Shown: positions 49,553 through 62,238 of the stretch, piece by piece
Numbering within the stretch: position 1 is the first letter of the stretch
How the letters are laid out: every line of letters begins with the position of its first letter
Source: Sminthopsis crassicaudata
Lineage: Eukaryota
Assembly (NCBI RefSeq): GCF_048593235.1
Contig: NC_133617.1
Span: 488,230,958-488,294,957 of the forward strand
DNA length: 64,000 nt
Direction: 5' to 3'
The notes under the pieces: model-generated
Told to the model about the DNA's origin: nothing
Databases searched by the model: none
What the model saw: only the letters and a program-made list of their open reading frames with translations
Program-made: the position numbers and the translations under genes

Positions 49553-49951
49553 TCAAGGTATTGGGGTACATAGTAAGTGCTAAACAAACGTTTGTTGTGA
49601 AGAGCCAGATCAACTCCATCTTGGAGTAGCCTTGATAATTAGACAGCTGACTCCGGGGAGCAGGGAAGCAAGTGGAGAAGGGTGTTCCTGTGGCACAAGA
49701 TCAGGTGGAATAGAAGACGTCTGAGAATGAGAGATGGGGGATGAGGGGGTACAAGGAGGCCATAGCATTCCCAAATGTCCGTGGAGAAGGAAAGGAGTCT
49801 CAGTGGGAGAGGAGAAAAGACTTTAGCCTGCTGTGTTCCAGAGGGAGCCCAGGAGAAGAGAGCCCAGCGATTTGCCTGGATGCTGAGGGACCAGGGGACA
49901 AGGGGCAGGACTGCAGGCAGGTCCCCAATGGGTAAAAGGAAGACTGGGGTT

Positions 49952-52900
49952 TCACAGGACATCAGACTGCTCTCCCTGGCTCTGCTGCATCTGGGCCTGC
50001 ATCTTCTCCAGCATCTCCTGCATCCGGCGCAGCTGCAGGAGGAAGATGTTGGGGGAAACCCAGCTGGATGTGAGGTGGGCCCCTCCCTATCAGTGGAGGA
50101 ATGGGACGGGATGCCCAGCTCCTCCCTGAGGCTGAGGAGGCAGCCCAAGGAACTCACCTCCTCATCCTTTTCTCTGATAAGTTTCTCCGTCTCTGCCAGG
50201 GGCAGCATAGGGAGGGGGATTTCAGTGGCACTCTGTCGGGACAATTTGCTGGAGGCAGGGAGGAGAAAGCAAGAGATTTGGAAGGGTTCAGAACTTATCA
50301 AGAGGTAATTTCTCCTCTCCCCCCTCCCCCAGCCACTCAGATACCACCTTCCTTGGCCCCACCCAGGAGCCAGGGTTGGGGAAGGGTTTGTGATGCAGAG
50401 GGCCAACCTTCACCTTCGACTGGCCCGTTCCCGGGCCCCAGGACGAGCCAGGCTCTGGAGGCAACGGGCACGGTAGCCCTCATAGAGCAAGTCATGGGTC
50501 ACCTCCTTCAGGTCCTGTAAATGAGTCTGTACCAACATCCTTCGCAGGTTGACAAAGTCACAGTGATGAGGATTTTCCACTGGTAGGATATGAAGGAGAA
50601 GGTGAAAGGGAGTAGAAACAGCAGGGAGGTCATGAACACATTTGAGAATATGGGAATCAATAGAAAACTGTTTGGAATCACAGAATGTCAGAGATGGGAG
50701 CGAGAGATCATTTGGTCAAACTCTCTGATCGAGTTCTATATAGGTGAAGACAAGTTCTATAATCAATTAAACACCTCTTTAATAATATGATTGCATTCTT
50801 CTCAATTTCTGTGTCTGTGCTGCAGGAAACAAAAAATCTTACCAAGAACTCCACTGACTCACTGATGAAAGGAGGTATTTTACTTACATTCTTGCAAGAC
50901 TGGGTGCTCAGCCAGTTCCAACGGCCGTATGATGGTGAGAGCCATCTGCACCCAGAAAGAGGACTATGGGGCCTGAGTATGAATCACAACATACAATTTT
51001 CACTTTTTTGTTCTTGTTTCTTGCATTTTGTTTTCTTTCTCATTTTTTAAAAATTTTTTGATCTGATTTTTCTTATGCAGCATGATAATTATGGAAATGT
51101 GTACAGAAGAATTACACATGTTTAACATATTGGATTACTTGCCATCTAGGTAGGAGAGGAGGTGGAGGGAAGGAATTGGAAAAAATTTGGAACACAAGGT
51201 TGGAAAAGGTGAATGTTGAAAATTATGTATATGTTTTGAAAATAAACAGCTTTAATCAAAACAAAACAAAAGAATGAGTGCCTAGGTTAGTAAACATACT
51301 TTTGAAACTGCAGAGGAAGAATTTTATTTCCTATCCAGAAGCACAAGCCCCTCCACTGACTCCCTATTAATACGATGTTTTATAGAAGGTATACAGAGTG
51401 AATCTCAACTCCTCAATACATAGCCAGTCCCATCCCCAAGGAGCTAACATTCTTAAGGTGGGGAGATAACCAAGGAGGGATGGGGGGCAAAGAACAAAGG
51501 ATTCTTTTCAAATCTCAGACCAGCACTCCTGATTACAAAAGGCAGTTCCTGCCCCCAAGGAGCTTACCTTCTTATGGAGGGAAAATTCAGAGGGCTCAAT
51601 TCAAATCTAAAACCTCCATCCCTCCATGTCTGATGATGCTTTGATGTCCTGGTGGGTTTCAGTTTTCTAATTTAAGTTTCACTTCTCCAATTTAATTTTC
51701 ATAACTGTGGAAACCAAACGCCCATTCTTTTCTCACAGTATCAATTATGAGGGCAAAGGGAACCACTTCCCTTACATAAGATAAGAAAGCTAATGACAGT
51801 GGTCCTCAAACTTTTTAAATAGCGGGCCAGTTCACTGTCCCTCAGACTGTGGGAGGGCCGGACGATAGTAAAAAAAAGCTCACACTCTGTCTCTGCCTCT
51901 CAGCACATTTGCCATAACCCTGCAGGCCGCATAAATGTCCTCAGTGGGCCTCATTTGGCCCATGGGCCGTAGTTTGAGAACCCCTGGTTTAGAAAGATGA
52001 AGTGATGTCCAATGTCATAGCATATAAGTGTTTAATAAATGCTATTTCATTCTCCCAATGACACATTCAGTCAATGAAGAATACAGGACTTGTCCCTTGA
52101 AGATTTTCACTTTGGGCCATCCTTGGACCAATGAGGGTTCTCCTTCTACTTGCCCTGTCTAAACCACAGATTACTGGCCATGGTCAGTACTACCTCTGCA
52201 GAGACTGTAACAGGCCAGGTTAGAAAGCCTTCCCCTCCTCCGCCCCCTCAGCCTTTCCCTCCCACTCTACCTACCTTCTGCTGTACCCCAGGGATAGAGT
52301 CGGCCCCTCACCGGCCGGGAGCCATCCCTCACCACAGTAGTGGAGCCAATCACAGCGAAGGGGATGCTGTCCTGAGGGAGGGCAAGGGTCAGGCGGCTCA
52401 GCCAGGACCACCCAGCTCTTGCTCCCATTCTCTTCCCTCCTCCCTCTTCTCCACATCGGTCCTCTGACTCCTCACCCCTCACCCCTCTCTGGGCCCTCAC
52501 TTTCATCTCAGCATCCTGTTTCTTGAAGTCTTCGTCCTCGTCTGAATCACAGTCTGGAAACTGGTAGATGTTGATCTCCTGTTCCTCCAGTTGCTCCCGG
52601 ATCTGGCAGTGGAGAGGAGAGAGACAGAGGAAGGCCCGGAGGACATCATCATAACAAAGCTTCCCTTTCCGAAGTGCTTTCCTCCTTCCATCCAGATTTC
52701 ACACATTATCTAGGCCCTAAATGTGTATTTGCAGCAGACACCCAGACCCAGTCTACCACATGGCTTTCTTATGGCTACTCTTTCTGCCTGTAAGCCGGCC
52801 TGTACAGGAATCACCCCAGAATGGGATGTTTTCAGTTCTATTTTTAAAACCTGGGCAGAAAGAACTCCACCAGGTCCTTCAGGAAATCTTTTCAGTCTAA

Positions 52901-54317
52901 ACACCTACGGGGAAATTCACTGTTAAGTGCAAGTACTTTCTTGAAAAAAGAAAATTAGTCCAAGTAAAGATGCAAGGCAGAATTAGAGTTTAAACTTTGG
53001 CTTCTTTTAAGGAAAGCAGTCAGAGGTTAGCATCCCCCAGGCACACACCTCCCTCCCCAAATATACCTTCTGCTTGAGGATCTGGGTTTCCTTAGGAGTC
53101 AAGGCATCAGCTTTCCCAATGACAGGCACGATGTTGACCTTCTCATGCACAGCCCGGAGGAATGCTATATCTAAGGGACGGAGCCTGAGCAACAACGGCA
53201 GTTAGGGTCTAGACTTCTACCCCCTTGCACTCCACCCAGGGCCTTATTCCACTTCCCCTCACTTTTCTACCTCTATTTTCTCCCCAGACAACTTCCAAAG
53301 CAAAAGCTTTCTCCTCTTCCATCCCTAAGGCACATCTCTGCCTAAGGGAAGAATCAGATCATAGTAACTTTTTTTCTTTTTATTTTTATAATAGCTTTTT
53401 TATTTTTCAAAATATATGCAAAGATGGTTTTCAATATACACCTTTGCAAAATTTTGAATTCCAAATTTTTCTCCTCCCTCTCCACCTCCCCCTTCCCCTA
53501 GACAACATATGCAGTTCTTCTAAAGGTATTTCCACATTATTCATGCTGCACAGAAAAATCACATCAAAAGGGGAAAAAATGAGAAAGGAAAAAAACAAAC
53601 AAACAACAAAAATAATAAAAGGTAAAAATACTATATTGCAATCCACATTCAGTTCCCATAGTCCTCTCTCTGGATGCAGCTGGCTCTCTCCATCACAAGT
53701 CTATTGGAATTGGCCTGAATAGATCATAGAAATTTAAAGGTGGGGAGGGATCTTAGAAGATGTCTAATCCAACATACCCAATAGAGAAATTCCCTCAGTA
53801 TCCCTGATTGAATGCCACTAAACTTCCTAGTTGAGTTGGGAGTTGGGGTCAGATAAACTAGATTAGGTGAAGTGGACCTTCAAAGTGATAAAGTCCAGCT
53901 TCCTCATTTTACATGGGAGGAAAGTGAGTTCCAGAGAGGAGCCATGATTTGACTAAGATCATATAGCAAAATAATGACAGAATCAGAACAAAAACTCAAT
54001 TCTCCTGTTTTCTAATGGGTTAAGTTAGAGGTTAGACTAGGTGATTTCTAAGGTTTCACTCTAACATTCTACATTCTTTAGTTCTTTCCACTATACTATA
54101 CTGCCAACATCCAATATGTAGGAGTCAGCTTGTTCCTCTGTTGTGAAATTTTTGGTCAAATAAATTTGAGTATTTATATCTCAGAAATCAGCCATAGCCA
54201 TTTCATTATTAGAGGTTGACTTATTATTTTATTAATTTTTAAACTTTAGAAAATGATGGAGAAATGTTAATAACACAAATTAAACCTAAAAGTATATCTC
54301 ATTCCCTTTTTTTTTTT

Positions 54318-54349
<32 letters not shown>

Positions 54350-54359
54350 AACAGAGAGA

Positions 54360-54391
<32 letters not shown>

Positions 54392-55756
54392 TATTTTGAG
54401 ACAGAGAGAGAGATTTTGAGACAGAGAGAGACAGAGATAGAGAGAGGGAAGAGAGGAAAAGGAAGGTGGGGGGTGAGATCAGTTGTTAAACATTTACCAG
54501 CCTCCCTCCTTAGTCATTCTGGTCAGAAACTTCCTACACTTAGGACTTACCCTCGACCAAAGGGAGAGATGAAGTAGAGACAGCAATGGACTCTGGAATC
54601 CTGTATATTCTTCCTGTTAAGGCCACTCTCATCTCTCAGATACTGCTCGAATTGCTCCTCGATGAATCGCACCACGGGCATCCAGCTGGAAAGGATTGAG
54701 AGAGGGGAGAAGAACCTCAGGTTCTGGAGCAGAGGTAAGGAAGAAGGGAGCTGGGCAGGGCCGTGATGGGAATCTGGTGATCTCCCTCACCCCAAACTGA
54801 GACTGCCAGACCTGCAAGGGAGATCAAGTCCTGTATATCCATGTCCAACTCAGGCCTGTGGCGGAGGGGAAGCCAGAGGAAGAAAACTGGCAAATAGCGG
54901 AGACCCACAGCTAAGCTCAGAAGAATTAGGATCCTGAAGATAATAGCTAGCTCATTTTAGGTGCTTTAGGGTTTGCAAAATGAGCTACCAATATTATATT
55001 ATTTGATCCTCACAACAACCCCGGGAGATTGGAGCTATTATCCCCATTCTGTAAAGAAGCAACTGAGGCTGACAGAAGTTAAGTGAATTGCTCAGACATA
55101 TAGTTAGTAAGTATATGCAGTGGGATTCATTCTTCTCTTTTTCTGTGGAGTTCTGAAAGAGTTAGGCAAAGATAGAAACAAGGTTTGCCAGCAGCCAATA
55201 TTTCTGACCCTAGAACAGGAGATGACCAGAATGTCACTGGAGAGCCTTGGAAACACAAACAAGGCCGCCAAAGTAAGGGTCTGGACAGATTGAGTTTGTC
55301 TTTGATGTTCCTTTCAGTAAACTTTCAGCATTGGAAGTGATGTGTGCACATGCATGTGTGGATCAAAGGAACTGAGCTCACTCTGAGTCACTCAGCTTAA
55401 CAAAGGGACTGTCTCTAATCCCCTTCCCAACCACTCAAGCAGGAGGTCCAGAGGAATGACAGTCCCCTGATGGTCTGGACCCAGGAGTCAGATAGACTTC
55501 TTTCTGTAATTGAACACGGGGGATCTTCTCCTGCCATCCCCATGTTCCCAAATCAGCTTGTATCCAGATTAGATGCCCAGTGACTCCTGGTTGATAATTC
55601 TAGCTTCCATTTGGGGATTCCAGGTCAGGAACACCCAAGGGAGACAACGATAAAGGGAAACAAGCCTGATCCAAGCTCCCACATTTCTTCTCCATGGCTT
55701 CCCCCCAGCTCCAGGTACTCTTCTTCCCCTTCATTCTCCTTCTTGTCCTAAGGCTT

Positions 55757-55791
<35 letters not shown>

Positions 55792-57502
55792 GTCTCCTAT
55801 ACCCTTGACATTCTGGTGAAACTCATGAGCCTCTTCTTAGAATAGCATTTTTAAATGAAAAAAATAAAAACATATGCTTACAAAGGAAGCCAATTATGTT
55901 AAAATGAAGATAAAGATAAAATGAAGATTTTTGCTCCCATCCAAGTTCAGAGATTCCTTAAAACCTGTCAGGATCTATGGTTAACAAGAACTGGAAAAAC
56001 TTACTTTTATTCAGCTTCCTCTTCCTTTGCAATGTTTTTCATTGCCTGACAACATATACTTAAAGTCTATTCTCTTTCTCAGGCTGTCAAATCAAATTGT
56101 TCTAATTGTCTTATATCATTAATCACCTTCAATATTTATGGTATCTGCTCTGGGCCAGAGCCTTCTGCCCATGAATCATGCACTCTGTCCCTCAGCCTCA
56201 CCAGTCTCCATTGTCCACTGCATCACCAAAGCCTGGGGTGTCCACCAAGGTGAGCTTCACTTTGATTCCTTCCTCTTCGATCTCCACACCCCTGCGCTCA
56301 ATGGTCAGGGTCTGGCTCAGGCGAGCTATACCAGAGCAAGACAAGGGTCAAAGGAATGTCCCAGAAAGGGGTGGGTGCCAGGAGAATCGGGAGGCAGGAA
56401 GATCTGAACTTAGGAAAGCGACAGGGACTTGGAAGGGTGAAAGATTCCCTCTAGGGGAGAAGGGGACTGGGGACTTCCAGTGCCTCCAGCCTTAAGGATG
56501 ACTGGATTTCTCAGTCTGTTTTCTTCCCTAGCCTAGCTGTTCCAGGACAGCCAGAGAGGGAGAACATCCCATCCCAGCCAGGGGCCCTTCACTCACCACT
56601 GGCATCAGGTATCAGGCGGTCCTTATAGACTTCAGTGAGAAAGAGGCTGTTGATAAGGGTTGACTTCCCCAGGCCTGACTCCCCTAATGAGATCAACCAG
56701 GATCAAAGACAGAGAAAAATGAATTGTCTCCTTAATCCATTTCCTTTGGACCTTACATTTATTTACTAATAATAGCTTTTTATTTTTCTAAATATATCGT
56801 GTATTGTTTCAACATTATGTTCATGTTTTTTTTTCCCTCTCTCCTCCCCTAGACATCAAGTAATCCAATATGAGTTAAACAGGTGAGATTCTTCTAAAGA
56901 TATTTCCACAATTATCATGAGACACAAGAAAAATCAGAGAAAAAATGAGAGAGAGAAAAAAAGCAAGCAAGCAAACAACAAAAAAGTGAAAATCCTCCGT
57001 TGTGATCCACATTTCAGTCCCCAGAGCCCTCTCTCTGTCTGCAGATGGCTCTCTCCATCACAAGTCTATTGGAATTAGATCTTACATTTCTAAAGAGAGC
57101 TGTTTCTCATCCCCACACCCAGACTTCTCACCTGCCACCATGAGGGTGAAATCAAATCCTTTCTTCACCGACTTTCTGTGCAGCTGACTGGGCAGGGCTG
57201 CAAAGCCCACATATTCTTTGTCCTGCAGTGGAAAGAGCATATGGGAGGGAGGAGGCTAGGTTTTGAGGGGAAAGAGCAGGATAGAGCAAAGCCTGGGTGG
57301 AAAGCATTTGAATCATTAAGGGAGAGAAAACTCTGTTGGGGAGACCTGGATTGGCAATGTTAGAAAGGGAGGCAAGTGGGAAGGTGGAGAAGGCTGGAGC
57401 CTGAGAATTGGGAGGGAGTCGTGTCACAGAATGTAAGGAAGGGGGTTGTGGATCCAAGCAGCCTGAGGAAGGATGCTAGGCTTCCCAAGAAGGGCTCACC
57501 AT
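49952..57502 (-). CDS. SEPTIN1: Septin-1, 364 aa
   Basis: Coding exons 57500-57502 (ATG), 57132-57222, 56597-56683, 56202-56325, 54551-54685, 53067-53184, 52501-52602, 52275-52371, 50414-50579, 50158-50248, 49952-50032 (1095 nt). G1 [10 protein letters not shown]3 DTPGFGD, G4 GKAD; ends [10 protein letters not shown]. Confidence 0.98.
50860..51270 (+). mobile_element. L1 3'UTR fragment in SEPTIN1 intron 8
   Basis: gagccatctgcacccagaaagaggactatgg..ttggattacttg..ggaacacaagg motifs shared with other L1 ends. Confidence 0.8.
51797..51986. mobile_element. Non-autonomous OC1 (OposCharlie1)/hAT-type MITE, 190 bp
   Basis: TIRs cagtggtcctcaaact / agtttgagaacccctg (14/16). The 5' body ..ctttttaaatagcgggccagttcactgtccctcagac..gagggccggac resembles the OC1/nhAT1 family (recalled). 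The 8-bp TSD is not preserved. Confidence 0.8.
53370..53720 (-). mobile_element. L1 3'UTR fragment in SEPTIN1 intron 5
   Basis: Reverse-complement L1 tail (T-rich start, ccccttcccctagac, attatcatgctgcacag, gctctctccatcacaagtc). Confidence 0.8.
54318..54450 (+). repeat. (GA/GACA)n microsatellite
   Basis: Direct reading of the sequence. Confidence 0.9.
56760..57080 (-). mobile_element. L1 3'UTR fragment in SEPTIN1 intron 2
   Basis: Same reverse-complement L1 tail motifs as 53370-53720. Confidence 0.75.
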
Positions 57503-57539
57503 CGTCTTGGTGTCTTCTGGCTGCACCTGGTTCAGCTCC

Positions 57540-57602
57540 CCACTTCCTCTGCGAGGGGAGGAAGTTGACAGTGGTTTTAGCCAGGCTGCGCAGGAAGTGG
57601 TG
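57540..57602 (-). promoter_or_regulatory. SEPTIN1 promoter/5'UTR with ETS and RUNX-like motifs
   Basis: cacttcct (57541-57548), aggaagtt, gtggttt and aggaagtgg within 100 nt of the ATG; TATA-less. Confidence 0.5.
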
Positions 57603-58719
57603 TGCCTATGGGGGGGCTGGAGTAGAGAGGGGGTTGTGTATGTGTGTGGGGAGAAAGAGAATAAGGGAAGAGTTCATACCTATTCTTGAGAAGAGGGTAA
57701 AGGGAAAGTGGACTGAGCCTCCCAGGGGACTCCTGAGGGCTCTCAGAGATCAAAGAGGGGACCCTGAGTCCTTCCCCTCAGGATTGGGGAAATTCACACT
57801 CTTTACAAACTTTTGATTTTTATCCATTCTTTGTCCCCTTATATACTTAAATTTCTCCATCTTCCTCATTCCCATCACTTTTTGTGAGAGTGTTGAAGAG
57901 ACACACTTCTTATGAGGTGGGAAAAGCAGAGAAAAGCTGGAGAAATCTATTCTGATCTATGTCTGAGTGGAACCAAAGCTATCTATGGATAATAACTAAA
58001 TGGAGCCTTCAGTAGTAGAGATAGACTCAAGTACTAGAACTAGAACTAGATGGATTCTGAAGAACTTTTCTATTCTGAAAGTATGAGTCTATGGGCATAA
58101 AATTGGAGTACAGAGCTGGAAGGAGGAGGCGTGAATCCATTAGGACGCTCATTTTATGTTGACCCACTCACTACCCGATCTGGACTAAGGAGCAGGAAGT
58201 ATGGCATCCTTTTATGGATATCCTTTGTGGATAAGTCACAGATATAGGCTGCAGCCTCTGAGAATAGTCATCATAAGGGATATAGGAAGAAAGCAAAAGG
58301 CTTGGAGTTCAGAGATATGGGCTGTAGTTCTGGCTTTTTGGACTAATTCCCAGTATGGCTTCAGGCAACTAATTTACCTCCCCTCTTTAAATCTCACTTT
58401 CTTCTCCATCAAATGGGGATAGCAAAAACTCACCAGAATCTTGTAAAGGTAAAATGAGATAACAGATTTTAAAGTGTTTTTCAATGCTAAAAGTCCCATA
58501 GGAATATGGGAAATTGTAACCTATGTGTCTGAGACCCTCAGAACATGAAAAACTTGGATCTTGTTTTGCTTTCTTTAGAAATGGTTGTATATTACTCATC
58601 TTCACTTATCCCATATGCAGTAATAATGCCATAAAAGAGTCTTGTTATTTTTATATTCAAAAACAAATTTCCAATTAAATGTAAAAATAGACTTTAACAT
58701 TCACTTTTTTTTTATTTTG

Positions 58720-60590
58720 AGTTCCTATGCCCAATGGGCTATCAAACTGTGCATACCCTTTGATCCAGAAGGTCTCTACTGAGCATATATCCCAAAGAGA
58801 TCTTAAAGGAGGGAAAGGGGCCCACATGTGCAAAAATGTTTGTGGCAGCCCTTTTTATAGTGTCAAAAAAAACTGGAAACTGGGTGGATGTCCATCAATT
58901 GGAGAATGGCTGAACAAGTTATGGTACATGAATGTTATGGAATATTATTGTTCTGTAAGAAATGACCAGCAGGATGATTTCAGAGAGACCTGGAGAGACT
59001 TACATGAACTAATGCTAAATGAAATGAGCAGAATCAACAGATCATTGTATATGACAACAGCAAAATTATACAATGATTAATTCTGATAGACATGGCTTTC
59101 ATCAACAATGAGGTGATTCAGACCAATTCCAGTGATCTTGCCATCTACACCCAGAGAGAGGATTGTGGGAACTGAGTGTGGATCACAACATAGCATTTTC
59201 ATTCTTTTTGTTTTTGTTTGCTTTCATTTTATTTTCTTATTTTTTCCTTTTTGGTCTGATGTTTCTTGTACAGCAAGACAATTGTACAAATATGTATACA
59301 TCTATTGGATTTAACACATATTTTTTTTTACCATGTTTAACATATATTGGATTACTTGGGGGAGGGGATGCAGGAAGGGAAGGGAAAATTGGAACACAAG
59401 GTTTTGCTAAGGTTAATGTTGAAAAATTATCCATGTATATTTTTTGAAAATAAAGTTTTAATAAAAAATAAATAAATAGGAAAAAATATGATTTTGAGTT
59501 CTAAATTCCCTCCCTCCCTTATTAAGAAGGCAAGCAATTTGATGTAGGTTGTATATGTGTAGTCATGCAAAACACATTTCCATATTAGTCTTTTGTGAAA
59601 GAAAACACAAATCAAGAAATGTCTCCCCACTCCTCTTCCCCTCCAAAAAATTTAGTTTTTAAAAAATATACTTTGAGCTTCATTCAGACTCCATTAATTC
59701 TTTCTCTAGAGGTAGATAGCATTTTTCATAAGTCTTTCAGAAATGCAAATTAAGACAACTCTGAGGTACCACTTCACACCTCTCAGACTGGCTAAAATGA
59801 CAGCAAAAGATTGTGATAAATATTGGAGGCACTGAGGGAAAATTTAATACATAGTTGGTAGAGTTGTGAACTGATCCAACCATTGTGGATTATGCCCAAA
59901 GGGCTATCAAACCCTTTGTTCCAGCACTGTCTGTGTCTGTATTCCAAAGAGATCATAAAAAAGGGGAAAGGATCCATATGTGGAAAAATGTTTGTGGCAG
60001 TCCTTTTTGTAGCAGCAAGGAACTGAAAACTGAATGGATGCCCATCAGCTGAAGAATGGTTGAATAAGTTATGGTATATGAATGTTATGGAATATTATTG
60101 TTCTGTAAGAAATGCTCAGCAGGATGAATACAGAGAGGCTTGGAGAGACTTACATGAACTAATTAATGCTAAGTGAAGTGATTAGATCCAAGAGAACATT
60201 GTACACAGCAACAAGATTGTCATGATCAACTGTGATTGACTTGGCTCTTTTCGACAATGAGGTATAAAGAAAGCCATTTGTATCCAAAGAGAGGACAATG
60301 GGGATTGAATGTGGATCACAACATAGTATTTTCACCTTTGTTGTTGTTTGCTTGCTTGTTTCTTTCTCTTTTTTTTTTTTTTCCTTTTTGATCTGATTTT
60401 TCTGTGCAGCTTGATAAATGTGGAAATATGTTTAGAAGAATTGCACATAAACACATGAAATCTGTATTAAATTACTTGAGGTCTAGGGAAGAGGAGAAGG
60501 GAGGAAGAAAAATTTGGAACACACGGTTTTGCAAGGATAAACATTGGAAACTAGTTTTGTATATATTTTGAAAAATAAAAAGTTATCCTA
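58720..60590 (+). mobile_element. Cluster of L1 3' fragments (two + strand copies with a - strand tail between them)
   Basis: ORF 58727..59080 and 59750-60200 carry ORF2 C-terminal motifs, each followed by a 3'UTR. Confidence 0.88.
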
Positions 60591-60599
60591 AAAATGTCT

Positions 60600-61900
60600 T
60601 TCAGAACTTTCTTAGATCATTGTACTTAGGAAAATAACTAAGTCATTCATAGTTGATCATCACACAATAGTGTTATTATTATGTACAATATTCTCCTGGT
60701 TCTGCTTATGTCAATTTGCATCAGTTCATGTAAGTCTTTCCAGGTTTTTCTGAAACCAACCTGCTACTCATTTCTTATAACACAATTGTATTTCATAATA
60801 ACCATATACTACAACTTGTTTGGTCATTTCCCAATTGGAAGGCATCCCCTCAATTTCCAGTTCTTTGGCACCACAAAAAAAGCTGCTATAAATATTTTTG
60901 TGTGGATAGGTCTTTTTACTTTTCAAAAATATCTTTGGAATATAGACCCAGTAGTGATATTGCTGTGTCAAGGAGAATGCCTGGTTTTATAGCCTTTTGG
61001 GCATGGTTCCAAATTGCCCTTCAAAATTCTTGGATCAATTCACAACACTGTACCCTTAATGTCCCAATTTTTCCACATCTCCTCCAACATTAGTCATTTT
61101 CCTTTTCTATCATAATGATCTATCTGATAACTATAAAGTGATACCTCAGAGTTATTTTCATTTATATTTCTCCAATCAATAGTGATCAATAGCATTTTTT
61201 TCATATGGCTACAGAGGGCTTTAATTTCTTCATCTGAAAACTTCTTGTTCATATTCTTTTACTATTTGTCAATTGGGGAATGAATTATATTTTTATACAC
61301 TTGACTCAGTTCTTTCTGAATTTGAGAAATAAGGCCTTTATCTGAGAATTAGAAACCCCCGCTCCCACCTTTCCAATCCCCTACTCCAGAGTTTTTAGGT
61401 CCACTTCTAATCTTGACTCCATTGGCTTTGAGTAAAAACTTTTTTAATCTAAGGTAATCAAAATTTTTCATTTTACATTCTGTAATGCTCTATTTCTTGT
61501 TTAGTCATAAATTCTTCCCTTATCCACAAGTAAACTATTCCATGCTTCCTTAATTTACTTACGTTATCATTCCTTATGTCTGAATCATATACTTATTTTG
61601 ACCTTATCTTGGTATAAAGTGTGAGATGTTGGTTGTTTATATCTGGTTTTTGCCAAACTCCTGTTTTCCCATCAGTTTTTGTCAGATAATGAGTTCTTGT
61701 CTCAAAAGCTCAGCTCTTTGGGCTTACCAAACATTTGATTACTATAGTCAATTAATATTGTGTATTATGAACCAAATCTATTCTCCTGATCCATCACTCT
61801 ATTTCTTAGTCAGCACCAGATAGTTTTGATTACTGCTTTATGATAAAGTTTGAGATTAAATATGGGTAAGCTCTTTTCTTTCTTTCCCCTTTTTCCCCAT
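60600..61900 (-). mobile_element. Older L1 ORF2 3' region, antisense
   Basis: Reverse complement of ORF2 motifs; ORF 60768..60971 is a decayed ORF2 C-terminal stretch. Confidence 0.82.
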
Positions 61901-62238
61901 TTATTTTCTTGATATTCAAGTTGGTTACTTTTATAAAAGAAAATCAATTAATTACAAAACAAACTCCTATCATATGCTAAGCACTGGGAATATGCAATAT
62001 GTTTCCAAAATCTTAGTGCAGTTTTAAGCCTTAATAAAATCAAAATATAAATGCTATAAACACAAAAAGCTGAAAGGGTAAATATGTAAAAGTTTTAAAT
62101 ATTGATATATTTCTTATTAAAATTCAACATAACTAATGTCTTGGGCTATACATTGCTCTACTCAATTTCAGAACTCTATAAAAATTTTCATCTGTTGCTG
62201 TTCAATGACTGAAAGGATTTCATTTGCAATATTAACCT

